Part shown: piece after piece, positions 25,400 to 38,450 of the stretch
How the letters are laid out: every line of letters begins with the position of its first letter
Numbering within the stretch: the stretch's first letter is position 1
DNA from: Dipteris shenzhenensis
Taxonomy: Eukaryota
Length of the DNA stretch: 64,000 bases
Reading direction: 5' to 3' (one strand)
Assembly: GCA_047967505.1 (NCBI GenBank)
Contig: CM106538.1
Notes under the pieces: generated by a model
What the model saw: the letters and a program-made list of their open reading frames with translations, nothing else
Told to the model about the DNA's origin: nothing
Databases searched by the model: none
Position numbers and translations under genes: made by a program

Positions 25400-28290
25400 C
25401 TTCCTGAGTCTAGAATCATGCAAATGAAAGGTAGGCATTCACATGATGGATTGGCATATGTTAGGTGACATACATGCAACAAGAGGGAATCTAGAGGCTC
25501 CTAAGGCTCTCAACATAAAGAAGGTGACATTCAAGGGGATCAAAAGACACTAAAGGATGATCTAGTGTTGAGAGGCTTCATGCAGTGGAAGATTTGCCAA
25601 GGACAGGGGGGAAGTCGATGGATGGGAATTCACACACTTGTGCTTTGATGGTTGTAGATACTTGGAAAATAATGGGCAAAAAGGAAAAAGTTCTAGTCAA
25701 TTCTCAAGATAAGAAGATGGAGGAGTTTCTATCGAAGGTTAAGACCCTTGAACTTTTGAGGAGTGAAGGTGTGTGTCATGGTTCAGAGGCTAAAGCAATT
25801 GCTTGTTTGGTGGTTGAGGATGGCATCGAGGAAATTATGACCGATGTAAATCACCAAAAAAGGGTACTTGAAGAAAAGCCATAGAATAAGAAATCGTTGG
25901 AGGATGAGGTCCTGAATTGGTTGTGTCCAAAAGGATTAAGAATATGGCAAGGAATGCTATAAATGGAAAAGAAAATAGGTTCAATTTCCTATGTGATGCC
26001 TACAAAGCATTGGCTCAATAATGGAGCGCATGAGCGGAATGATTTTGTGGAATGTCTTCTTTATGCTACTACAAAGTCAAGCAAAATGATTGTGTCTCAG
26101 CTCTTCAAAGGTGGAATGCTGCAATTGTCCTTCTATAAGAGGTAAAGTGTGATCTTGATAAGGGTGTTTAGCTGGCATTTTATTAGATATGGTATGGAGT
26201 TTTTTTCAATTTTCTTGTGAGGGGTAGAGGGGGAATCATTGTGCTAATGAAGAGACCGATGGATGTGTCTAATGATGCTCAAGTCCATAGGGAATGTGGG
26301 AGGATTCTTAATGAGACAATGTTGGGGAGAAAATGGGTGTTAGGGAAGATAGATCTCATGCTGTCAAGGGGTTGTCATGTTTGGAATCAGAGGTTTAGGA
26401 GGAATGGTGTCTGGATAAGGGGTTGATTGACTATATTAAGCTAAACCATGAGGGGGTTTTCATGGAGTAATATGAGAAAGTGGGTGGATTTTAGAGCAAT
26501 TAGAATTGACAGATTTGTTGAAGTTTACAACCTTGATTAATTTAGATAGCCAAGATGTAGTGCCAAGCAATCAAGGGACTCCAAGCATTGGGATTTGTTC
26601 TTCAACCCCTTGAGATATTGTATTGTGATTGAACAATATTTTGTGATATTTGCTTTTTTGTTATAGACTCTATGTTGTTCATATGAGGTTCATAATTCTA
26701 TAAACATGATCTTGAAATAAATTGACTTTTTTACAAGTGCATCCTAAACCCTAAACCCTAAACTAGTAAGGAATGGTTGAAATCATGTTTAAAGAGAACA
26801 AAGTATCATTTTTAAAACATTCTTAGTAGCAAATTACAATATTCCTCTGTATCAGAGTTCTCTCACCAAGATAATTCCCAACTCTTATAAAATAGCATGA
26901 CAATGCTATGAAATAGCCATAAAGCATTATTTGAAAATAAGAGGAGGAAAAGTTGCACTTGGAGGATACCATTATGTAAGTGGCACAATGACTTGGAAGA
27001 GTAAAAAGAAATTTGGCATCCAAACGTTTGAGATGCTGAATGCTTTCAATAATGTTTACATGGATGTAGAGAATTTGCAGAGAGCCATGGTCAAATTCTA
27101 TGGGATGAGAGAAGAAGGTAAGAGAAATTCCCTCTTCGCATTCAACTTTACTTCATCTCATTTCTATATCCTTACTATATTTCTCTTTTGTTGTACAAAT
27201 GGCAAGCTAGTATTTGTTATAAAAATGGATGAAGCTCTGTTGGTAAAAGAGCACACAAGCTAGAGAGGGTGAGCATTTGTATTATGAATGATGCCTTACG
27301 TTTTGCTCAAGGGGATAAGGAAGTTGAGCAGGGTTTCTCAGTCTAATTTGAGAAGGACGTATGGTGGCTTGCAGCCTTTGAGACCCCAAAAGAGTGCCAC
27401 GAGACATTGAAGTGGGTTTTGGAGATAACCGGCATTTCATTGATTATTCAGAGACAAGAGACAGGGCAAACATTAATAGTGGATGGGCATGGAACGTTTC
27501 AAGTTGAATGGTATCTAGCTAGTGATTTGAAGACCCTGAAGTGCTTGTATGGTTGTGATATAGGTGTAGATGCAAAATGGACATGCTTGTATTGCACCCA
27601 CTCTTAGAAGATGCAAAGGGAAGCCTACAGTGGGAAAATGGCATCCTTTCTTGCAACCAAAGTGCAGCCCTTGATTGTCACAAAATAGATCCTAAGTGGG
27701 ACCCCATTCTACCGATTCCATTGGAGCAGGTACATGTGTGTAGTTTGCGTGCTGATCTGTGTATACTTGATAAGTTACTCTATCTCCATCTAGTTTATGA
27801 TTGGAAGTTGAGGCCACAGCAAGTCTCTACCTGATGCATTGTAAAAGCTGAAGAACTATTCTCACTAATGGGACTTCACGGAGGCAATGTGAAGCATAAG
27901 CAAAATAATAAACAATTAGGAAAGACACAAAATCTTCTTGCTAAAGTGTCCATGGGTGGAAGAAAGGCAAGGAGGTTCTTGTCCAACCAGAATGCTAATA
28001 AAGAAGAACATACATTAGCTCAAAGCACCCTAGGTTATGAGTACTAGAAAGCTTTGTGTGAGTGTGCTTCACATCCACAAATTTCTACTTTGAGAGCAAA
28101 AATGTGGAAAAAGATTGATGCATTTATAAAGTTGTTTAGACAAGGTCAAATAGATTAGCTTTATTATAAGAGATTCAGGACAAGGTCAAATAGATGAGCT
28201 TTATTATGAGAGATTCAGGACAACATTGGGAGCATTCATATCATTGATGGTAGAAGCATGGGGGGGGTCACATATTACACATTACATGGT
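25400..28290 (+). pseudogene. Decayed DDE transposase, Transib/RAG1/Chapaev-like
   Basis: Reconstructed across stops and frameshifts: VIKMDEA (D at 27228), LASDLK (D at 27524), WTCLYC (27578-27595), VHVCSLRADL, SMGGRKARRFL (27949-27981) and HITHYM|gt (28271-28290). The 5' boundary is approximate. Confidence 0.65.
28141..28220. repeat. 40-bp tandem duplication within the transposase relic
   Basis: CAAGGTCAAATAGAT starts at 28141 and at 28181. Confidence 0.9.
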
Positions 28291-28428
28291 AGATTCATGC
28301 CAACAACAATTAAAGTTACAAAATACAATGACAGTATAAAATAAAATTTGTAAAAGAACACAAAATGGAACACTATATAAAAAGTATATTTGTATTCATA
28401 TAAAATAAAATTTCTATACAATAAGGCT

Positions 28429-29159
28429 TCATAGCCTTTCTCTCTTCTCTAAAACATTGAGAATATCGGGCTTTGAATTCCCAAATAGACTCCGCTCTAA
28501 ACCTAGTCTCGATAGGGTGTCAATGCTATTGTTGTTGCTACTAGCCAGGGACATGGCTGTTGTCGTCAATGCCATACCTTGAGAATTGGTTCCAAAAGCA
28601 TTGAGGGCAGCCATGCGGTTCACCAAAATGACCTTGTAAGCATTTTCGGCTCTTCATTGTAGATGTTGGGCTCATCTATAGAAATAAGAGGATCAAAAAG
28701 GGCAGGGGTAGGGTTAGGGCTTGAGGTCGAGGCCTCCTCTTCCATTTGTCCCTCCTGGAGAATGAAAATAAAGGACATTTCCTAGGATAAGAACCTATTT
28801 CCCCTATTTTTGATGACTCCACATGCTAGGAGGTCATCAGTGTCCACCTCCCTAAACCCTAGGGGTGTGAGCTGGGCTCGAAAGTGATCTAAACACTTCA
28901 TGAACTTGGGTTCTTGATTGAACAAGTACTTCAAATAATCAATTGGGATCCATCTTTTTATAGACTCATCAAGTTGATATGCAAAACTCACAGTGTGGTC
29001 TTGCATGTACTTGATGAGGTCTTCAAAATCATCTTGCGCTCGCAAGTAGGTGCCTAAGACATCTACGCTCTTATCAAAGACTGAAAATAACTACTTCTCT
29101 CTGTCAACTAATGGAGTATGAGAGATGAAATCGTGGAAGGCAGACCTAGCAGAGTCCAT
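28429..29159 (-). pseudogene. Disrupted ORF of unknown function, convergent with the transposase
   Basis: ATG at 29159 (MDSARSAFHDFISH), TATA-like run ~70 bp upstream, protein-like 87-aa core (28782-29045), internal stops. Confidence 0.45.
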
Positions 29160-29359
29160 GGTAGTTTGGTAGCTAGGAGAACTATGGCTATGATAGTGAA
29201 ACTTTGAAACTAAAGGAACTTTATAACCTATATATACCCAAATGTTCTAAATATAAATAATAATATGAATTATATTTTTTTGGGGCAAAACTTGCATTGA
29301 CATGAAACAAAACCATTGAAAAAATCAAAATTAATTGCACCACTATGAATTGGAAAATG

Positions 29360-31150
29360 TCAAAATCCACAATTGTTCCACCCCACATTATTTACCATCT
29401 TCAATATTGCAGGAGGGATAAAAGTGGCACTATGCATGCATTTCTCTACACACTTTCCTACCTTTTCACAATTTAAGGTAAAGTGAAAGGACTCAGGCAT
29501 GCCATCCTCCATGACCAATAGGTGTTCCCACATGTCCCTGAGAGTCCATTGTGATGTGATGGTCACATTTTTGACATCTCCTAAATGAGAATCAATACAT
29601 AAACTTACCCCTATATTATCATCATTGATAGAGTAAAAGGAGAGCCAATTTCCACCTATTTTCTTCCAGCACCTATATTGGAAAGCAAAATATAACATTT
29701 GGTGGGAGATGTGGTACTTGACAACCACATTGTCCTTACATGGCATTAAAATAGATCACCCTTTTCTTCACGTGACCTACTTCCCCAATCACCCTAGATC
29801 TCATGTAGGCACTTGCATGACCACATGGTTTTTGTTCTGTGCATTTGGATATTCTGAAAACAAGAAGCTAAAATGTGTAGAGGCATAAACCAAGACAACC
29901 TTACCCATTTAGAGCCAAATGTAAACTGCATGGCCATGCCCACATCCTTTGCAATCTTTCCCTTTTATGATTGCACTGTTCTTGTGTCCACCATGGTGCA
30001 ATCCATGTCTTTAAGTTGTGGTGTTGCAATGCATTAAGAATGGCCATATCCTCATGCCATCCTTTGAGTAATGTACTTGGCATTATATCAATAGATATTT
30101 CTCTATTTCAAAGGAGAGGACTTCTCTCCAGCATGCATTTGCCTTCCTAAATCCTCATGAATGGCAGTAAACTTACCTAAGAAGCACTCGATTGGTTCCC
30201 ACTCCTCAAAGTTTGAAGGAAATACATTTGCTATTATGCACAAGTTCTATTTCAAAATAATATTTCAAACTGATTCATTACACTTAGAAATCTAACACAA
30301 AATGTAGACTTACAATGCAATGGTATTGTCGATTGCTTGCTTGATGAAGTAAGGCACATGTACTTCCCCATGTAGATGTGTTGCGCCTTTGCAAGCCATC
30401 CTTTCTTCCCAAGCTTGAACTTCATGATGTGGCCCTTCCATTCATGCAAAAGATCACATCTCTTGGGAAGCTTATGTGGACCCTTGGCAGATCCTCTCAT
30501 GAGAATATCCAATCATTCAAGCTGTAGAAGGCACCCATTCACCCAGTGCATTTTTGCTCCTGTGGGACATAGAGGACATGTATGGTCTCCTTGCCATGCT
30601 TGTACAGAGGTCAAAACAACAAGAGTGGACCTGAAAGTGTAGCTTGGAGGGAGAGAGTAGCTCTGATAGAGGGAGAGAGAGGGAGAGGGGGGGAAGGTAT
30701 AGAGGGTGCAACTGAAGGTGGAGAGCAGCTCCAAGAGGTGTTGTAGCTAGGGATGGAGGGAGAAAGACCAAAGGGGGATGAATAGCTACTCCAGGCGGTT
30801 TTGTAGCTAGGAATGGAGGGAGAAAGAGCCGAGGGGCCACTACAGGAGGTACTATAGCTAGGAATGGAGGGAGAAAGAGTAGAGGGGGATGAGTAGCTAC
30901 TGTAGGAGGTGTTGTAGCTAGGAATGGAGAGAGAATAAGAAACTACTACAAGAGGTGCTCGAGAGGGAGAAAGACAGTGGACCAGAGTAGGAGGGGGCAG
31001 AGAAGCTGCCAAATGAGATCCCACATAAGCTGGACCAGAGAAGAGGAGGGGGTAGGCCTGCAACAAGCTGATAGGGGGAAAAAGTTGCCCAGAAGCATAC
31101 ACCACCTCTTGAATGACTTGTAGGATTGTTTGGGGGAGGTGCATGTGGGA
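29360..31150 (-). pseudogene. Disrupted multi-exon gene: Ser/Pro repeats, CPLC motif, BAH-like domain, possible C-terminal ubiquitin-like domain
   Basis: The GT-AG intron 30313-30231 joins WKGHIMKFK..WLAKAQHIY..PLHS to NVFPSNFEEWEPIECFLGKFTAIH in frame. The C-terminal segment reads VTITSQWTLRDMWEHL..PESFHFTLN. Confidence 0.5.
30640..30950. repeat. Imperfect 51-60-bp tandem repeats (SPSIPSY on the minus strand)
   Basis: (G/A)TAGCTAGG(A/G)ATGGAG at about 30743, 30803, 30854 and 30914. Confidence 0.8.
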
Positions 31151-31944
31151 GGAGGGTCAAGCATGGGTTGAGGGGGGGGGAAGGTTTGAGTGGTCCTCGA
31201 TGTAAGAGGAGTAGCCAATAAGGGCTATTTGTAGGTTTGCCCACCCTCCACCTCAACATGGCATTGCCCCACAGAAAGGAGCACTCCCATTGGTACACCT
31301 CAAATACCTCACTAATCCCTTGAAATTAGGAAACACTAATTGGGGGCCCTTTGGAGACCTCGATTCTCCCCTAATGTGAGAGGAAGAAGTGAGTGGAATG
31401 ATCCATATTAGTCACTAGGCATGAGTGCATAGTCACCTAGACAAGCACTTTATGATGGTGAGTAGCAAGCTACAAAATTAGCTTGGAATAACATACCATT
31501 ATGACTTATGCAACAATAGACATCTGGATGGAGGATTCTACCTAGGCAATATGAAAAGTAGTTGAATCTTTAGCCGATGTTAGAGGCATGCTTGGAACAT
31601 TTCCAATAGTATGCGGCTAGGAGAGAAGAGCACTTCCATTGAGGTGCAAGAAGTTGGTGGAATTAGGCTGATTTGAGAAAAAAATTGAATTTAAGCCAGT
31701 GATGGTTGATCAATGGAGAGAGTGGGAATACTAAATGTTCCCCTAATAGTGGAGAGCACAAGGAATGCAAAGACCCACCATCCTCACTTAGAGAGGGCTG
31801 ACATCTGACTATTACAATGAGACTCGAAGTGAACCTGCCCTTGAATTGTGACCAATATATGATGAGGGGAAGATTGTAGAAGGGACCTCAAGATGGTTGC
31901 ATGAAGGTTTAGCCAAGTCTAGAGGCAAAGTGTGCCTGGGACAA

Positions 31945-32680
31945 GGAATGTTGCACTATAGCATAGATAAGACATTAGCGAGGTTTGACCATGACCAATG
32001 AATCCTAGGACAAGACCAAGAATCAACACGTGCATGAGCAAGGGAGTTAGTGCATGATCCAAGCTATGAGTGAGAGGCACAACAAGCCTCGAGTCTCCGT
32101 GTGCTTTTGGCTAAGAGCATTATGTGAGATGAAGCCATCTTATCTAAAGTCCAAATGTGTCTAATAGCAAGATCTGCACCAGGCTCCAAGGAACAACATG
32201 TTGAGTCAAGATATGCATCTGACGGGGTGAGAGACAAATCTGACTAAAAAATATAAGAGACCCCCAATTCACCACGCATATCTATGCCTTAGACAGGGAA
32301 TGTTGCACTATAGAAGATGATCCATAAGCTATCTAGAGGACATGCATGCCTTGAATAGGCAACATTGCACTGTAGAGGATGAGCCATGAGCAAGATTACA
32401 TCATGGTTGAAGAACCAAGACATGCATGAGTAAGGGAATTTGTGCATGAGCCAAGATATGTGTGAGGCACAACAAGACTCGAGTACCCACATGCTTCCAA
32501 CCAAGTGCACAATGTGAGATGGAAGACATTATATCTCAAGTATAGATGAGTGTCTAACACTGAGAGGTGCACTAAAATCTAGGAGCACCATGCCAAGTCA
32601 AGATGTGGATCTGATGGTGAGAGATGCACTTGAGTGAAAAAGATAAGAGACCCAGAGTGACCATGCACATATGACTTACA
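31945..32680. repeat. Diverged ~350-bp direct tandem repeat
   Basis: GGAATGTTGCACTATAG at about 31945 and 32297; ATAAGAGACCC at about 32254 and 32644. Confidence 0.65.
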
Positions 32681-32999
32681 AACAATGAAGAGATAGATGA
32701 GAGGCAAGAAAACAGAGTCGACGGTCAAAGTATGTGCACAGTGATAATTGCAGACACGAATGACCAATGGGGCCAAGTGTAGCCAAGAGTGAAGGACAAG
32801 TGCCTACCAAAAGCTAGAGACGGAGTCAAGATCTAAAATGTGATCAAAGGGAACAACTGAGGCCAAGGACCCCCAAGGTGACTATAGCCAAGCTGAGATC
32901 TATTGAGCTAAGGTAAAATTCTAGGGAGAGGACCATTATAGTCACCTCCAAATCTTTTTACGAGTTTGCCACATTAGTGGAGCAATGGCCAAGGAAGAG

Positions 33000-34745
33000 T
33001 ACAAGAATTATTTCCCATGTAGCTTGGTCAAAGTTTCTTAGAGATCATTCAATTAGTTTTCTATTAGCTACTTCATAGATTGGTAGCACATGTAAAGCTT
33101 TTCTTAGGATATTCAGGTAGGAGATCAATGAAAAAGATGTTCGAATCTAGTTGAATGATCTAAAGTAGAGGAAAGGTGAGCCCCATACATGATTTTGTGC
33201 TACATATATCAATGGACTTAGTACACCACCAAATGATAAATGGCTGCATACTTGATTGATTATTGGCTTGCAAATGGACTTGCATTCATAAAAAATTGTA
33301 AACCCACCCAAGACATGTGAGGAGATCTTGAACTGAGCCATTGTTTTGAAGAAGAGTGGAGTAGTCAAGTATAAGCAAAAGAAGGTGGCAAAAGTGAGGA
33401 CAATGATGCCTCGACATCAACAAAGAGAGATAAACTCAATTCTAAACTCAAGAAGTCCTTGCAAGAACTAGGTATCCAATGGAACTAAAGAAAAAGTGTC
33501 TTTTGTATAAGAGTAGGCAACCTATTTAGGTAGACCATTTTTAGGGAGGGCATACAAATTGAGCCTTCCAAGGTCCAAGCAATAGGATAGATTATAGAGC
33601 CCGAGTCTGATGCAACTCGGATTCTTTACTAGGTTCATTAGCTTCTATAGGAGGTTTGTGAAGGATTTTTCGAAAATTATGGCACCTCTTTATGAGCTTA
33701 CTAGGGAAAAGTTCCAAGTTTCATTGGTGTGAGGAGTTTATAGTATCCTTCCATGCTCTTAAACAATGAGCAACCATGATAGTAGCATAAGGTGGCCTAG
33801 GTGGGATGTAATCTTTCATGTTCATATTGATGCATCGAGGTATGCCATTGGTATCACCTTGGCACAACCAAATGGTAGGATGTATTACCTAGTTTATTAT
33901 GCTAGCAGACTCATGACCCCAGTTGAGTGCAACTATAATACTACCAAGTGAGAAACTCTTGGATGGTTTATAGTGTCCATAAAATTTGATGCTATTTCCT
34001 TGGTAATCCTTTTGTTTTCTATGTTGATCACCAAGATTTGTTGTATTTGATTAACAAAGCAGTCATCCAGGGATGATTGATGCATTGGATGTTATTATTA
34101 TAGGAATTCACTTTTAAGCTCATCCACAAACTAGGCAGGTCACATGCAGGAGCAAATTGTCTCTCATGGTTGCCGGCTCTCGGACCCCACTCAAGTTGTC
34201 ACTATTGAGATTTCAAATCCTCAGTTATTTGCAATTGATATTTTTAAATCCAACTATGATAAGATGCTCTAGCACCTATTGTTGCAGGCCACATGTGTTA
34301 AAAATATGTCCTGAGATGAGAACGGACAACTTGCCTTCAAAGCTTGGAAATATATCTTAATCGAAGTCCAACACTATCACCAAGGAGGTCTTACACAAAT
34401 ATGCTCTTCCTCAAGAATGAGCAATCATGATTGATGAGGCATAGGCTAGGCTAACTAGAGGACATTTTAGTGGAGAACTCATAGATTGGAAAGAGCCAAA
34501 AGTAGGATTGTGGTGGAACGCCCTGTTGCATGGAATGTGATGTATGTCAAAGAACAGGTTGCTTATTGCCACAACATTACATACCCCTTCAACCAAATTA
34601 GCCTTGGGGGGGAGCTTTCTAGTGTTGGGGGTTGGATTTTATGGGTTGGTATAAAAATTTGGCCTAGTATACACAAAAGAAGTACATCCTAGTTTCCATA
34701 GATTATACCATAAAGTGGCCAAAAGCCAAGGCACCATGGGATAAC
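33000..34745 (+). mobile_element. Highly degenerate Ty3/Gypsy pol (RT, RNase H, integrase start)
   Basis: SFYRRFVKDFSKIMAPLYELT, FHVHIDASRYAIG and VYYASRLM..ECNY, with many stops. Confidence 0.75.
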
Positions 34746-34769
34746 TTGTCTTGTATCACATCATGCTCA

Positions 34770-37700
34770 TCTATATGACTACATTATTGCACGAAAAAGA
34801 ACATAGTGTCTTATTTGATGATGGGAGCACCCATGTTTTCATTTTGCAACGTTTAGTTAAAAAGTTAGGGCTCCCAACCATCAAAACAAAATATAAAGTC
34901 AAATCAGCTTTTCAAGGATTGAATTATAATTGTTTGCAAATGGTTAAGGATCTTGAGGTGACTTTAGGGCCATTAGTTGAGAGCCGTGATTTCTTAGTCG
35001 CTCCTTTGCAAGAGCAAGATCTCATTCTAGGGATGCCCTAGCGCATTGATCATAATGCCAAACCTGATTATCTTGAACGCACCATTACTGTGACTCAAGG
35101 CACTGAGACTATGACTCTAGAATGCGACAAGAATCTTCCCTCTTGGCCTATATTGTCACATACCCAAGCTAAAAGAGCTTTGCGCAAACGTGAGAAGACA
35201 TATTTGGTTATGGTCAATAAGATTGAGGCTAGTCCTGAGACTAAGAAAACTAAGCCAGAGCCTCTGGATCCTTTTCTAACTACCTATGACGACTGCTTTA
35301 TGGAAGACTTACCCCCTGGCCTACCTCAATCTAGACCCGAGGATCATAAGATTGACCTTATTCCAGGTAGCGCACCACCGCGTAAACCACCATATAGACA
35401 CAATCCTACTGAGCAATAAGAGATTCAATTCAAAATAGAAGATCTTTTGGCTAGAGGCCTAATTCGACCTAGTAGCTCACCATTTGGGGCACCTATTCTT
35501 CTTGTCAAGAAGAAAAATGGAACTTTTCAAATGTGCATCGATTATCGTGCCTTAAATAAAATCATAGTGAAAATTTGATACCCCATTCCGAGAGTTGATG
35601 ATCTACGCGACAAGTTGAAAGGATCCACAATCTTTAGCAAGATTGATCTTAAGTCAGGATATCATCAAGTGAGAGTGATCGAGCCCAATGTTTTCAAGAC
35701 TGCTTTTAGAACCCAAACTGGTCACTATGAATTTCTTGTTATGCCTTTTGGATTGACCAATGAACCTGCCACATTTAGTCATATGATGAATCGTATCTTC
35801 CTACCCTATCAAGACTTTGTGGTAGTTTTCTTTGATGATATCATGATTTATAGCAAGAGTCGAGAGGGACATGAGAAACACTTGGATCTTGTTTTCTCTC
35901 TCTTATGTGAGAACCAATTGTATGCCAACCCAGAGAAAAGTTCTTTTTTCCAGCCTGAAATTGAATATCTTGGACACATTGTTTCAGCTGAAGGCATTCG
36001 AGTACATCCCAAGAAGGTAGAAGTGATAGTAAATTGCTGGCCATAGCCTAAAGATATCCATGAGTTACGATCTTTTCTAGGTCTGTGTAGTTTCTATCGT
36101 AGATTTGTTAGAAAATTTGCACACAAGGCACATCCATTGACCGAACTACTGCGTAAGACTCGTGCTTTCTCTTGGGGTGAGCAGCACACTTTAGATTTTC
36201 AACGACTTAAGGGTGCAATGACGGACACACCAGTTTTGACCATGCCGGACTTTACAAGACCCTTCTTTGTCATGGTCACTGATGCTAGTGGATAGGGTTT
36301 TGGGGCTATGCTCATGCAAGATAACATCCAATTGCATTCGAGTCATGTAAATTAAAACTAGTAGAGCTAAAATCTTCCATGTATGATAAAGAATTAGCCG
36401 CTATGGTGCATGCCTTTAAACTGTGAAAACACTATCTTATGGGTTTTGAGTTACTCATTAAGACTGATCACCAGAGTCTTAGACATCTCCTTACTCAACC
36501 GGTAATTTCGGATCAGCACATTAAATGGGCTACCTTTATTGACAGTTTTAAACCGATGATCCAATATCAACTAGGCAAAGACAATGTAGTTGCCGATGCA
36601 CTGAGTCGTCAACCTAGCATAAATAATATCTCAGTCATCGAGGGAGACCCTTTCGAGCCTATGAAGGTAGACTATCCTATTGATCGAGACTTTTCAAAAA
36701 TTTGGCATAAGATTAAGCAAGCTAATAGCACCCCTATGGCCTCTTATTCCATTCATAATGACTATCGGTAATAGAAGAGGTACATCAGCCACCCTACATG
36801 GGACATAAAGGCGTCGCTGCTATGTATCACACTATAATTCAAGATTTTTTATGGCCTAAGCTTAAAGTTGATGTTGCAACTTTTGTTGCACAATGTCTTA
36901 TTTGTCAAAAAGTCAAGAGCTACAAGGGCAAATATCAAGGTTTACTTATGCCTTTACCAATTCCTGATGGCCCATGGGAGTAGATTTCTATGGACTTTAT
37001 TACTGGATTTCCTACGACTAGCTCAGCTTTTGATATGATTTGGACTATCATTGATAGATTTAGCAAGCAGGCTTACTTTATTCCTTGTAAGAAGACCTTG
37101 ACCGCAGTTCAGGCTGCTCATTTGTTCATCAAGCACATCTTTATACACCATGGCCTTCCAAAAGTAATCGTGTCAGACCGGGATAGTAAATTTTATAGTA
37201 ACTTTTGGACCGCACTCTTTGACAATCTTGGTACGAAGTTAGATTTTTCCACTGCTTTTCATCTTGAGTTTAGGCCAAATTGAGGTCACACAAAATACTA
37301 TTTGTGACATGTTACGTTCTTATGTGTTTGGTCAGCCAGGCCAATGGGACAAATTTATACACATATAACAATTTGCCTACAACAACACTAAGCACTCTGC
37401 TATAGGCAAATCTCCATTCCAAATTGTCTATGGAAAGACCATTACTACTCCATTGACCCACCTTAAGCACCAAGTAGAGGCTACTGATCGATTTACTAAA
37501 GATTTCTCTAGCATTTTGGCTACTATAAAAAAGAATATCGAGCATGCTCAAGCTGTGTATATTGCACGTGCAAACAAGGGTAGAAAGAAACTTATATTTG
37601 CTAAAGGCGACCTAGTCATGTTATGTATTGAGAAGCGTAGACTTAAGAGTATTGAGACACAATTAAGTTTGCCCCTAAATCCTATGGTCCCTTTAAAGTT

Positions 37701-38450
37701 TTGGAGTGCATTAATGACAATGCCTATCGGCTTGAATTACCACCCGATTGGAAAATTCATAATTCTTTTCATATGCACCTCCTGAAACCTTTCCATGGAG
37801 ACCCACCAGTTCGACCTATTTTTGACGATGCACCGTTGCTTCAAGGAGAGACCTAGCTCTTAGAGCCAGACCAGATCATTGATCAACAAATCACTCAAAT
37901 GAGACATGGAAACTTGTATCCAATTTATCTTCTTACATTTAAGAACCACCCGGTTGAGGATGCTAAGTGGATGCCCGAGCGATATTTTCGCCAATACCCT
38001 GATTTATTGACTACTTTTTTGTCATGCAATCGAGGGCAATTGCGATTTCAAGCAAGAGGGATATTACGAGAATTAGAATTATCCCATTAATTTAATCCTT
38101 TAGTATTTAGTTTAGTGAGATCCAACATTTTTATCGCGCAGCTGATGTATGTGTGCTCACTGTTCCGTAGTGATGCATGTGTGCCCCTACATGGCTGGAT
38201 ATACGGCTGTGGCTCTATGAGTGTGTAGCATTGTGTGCACCACTTACGCGATGACAGTATGTGTAGCATGTGTGCACCATTCGTATGATTTTATTCATGT
38301 GTAGCATCAGGTGCACCATGAGATGGTATGTGTCACATGTGTGCACCATTCATCTGTGATTTATTGATTTTGTGTTGCTATAATACTGAAAGGTTGATTG
38401 ATTGTGGTGATTAACTCCAAGGTTATATTATGCTTGAAATATTTCATTAC
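34770..38450 (+). mobile_element. Degenerate Ty3/Gypsy chromovirus: PR-RT-RH-INT-chromodomain and probable 3' LTR
   Basis: VLFDDGSTH, KIDLKSGYHQV..VFFDDIMIYS, TDHQSL..VADALSR, MDFITGFP..IVSDRD and chromodomain YLLTFKNHPVEDAKWMPE. Purine tract at ~38050-38061. Confidence 0.9.

Noticed and set aside
26743-26763. Telomeric (CCCTAAA)n
   Set aside because: Under three units; a common interstitial telo-box-like motif.
28988-28994. CACAGTG RSS heptamer as a Transib terminus
   Set aside because: It lies inside an ORF, has no inverted partner or nonamer, and is expected by chance.
28429-31150. RAG2 homologue opposite the RAG1-like gene
   Set aside because: No Kelch repeats or PHD finger are visible; only the convergent orientation is similar.
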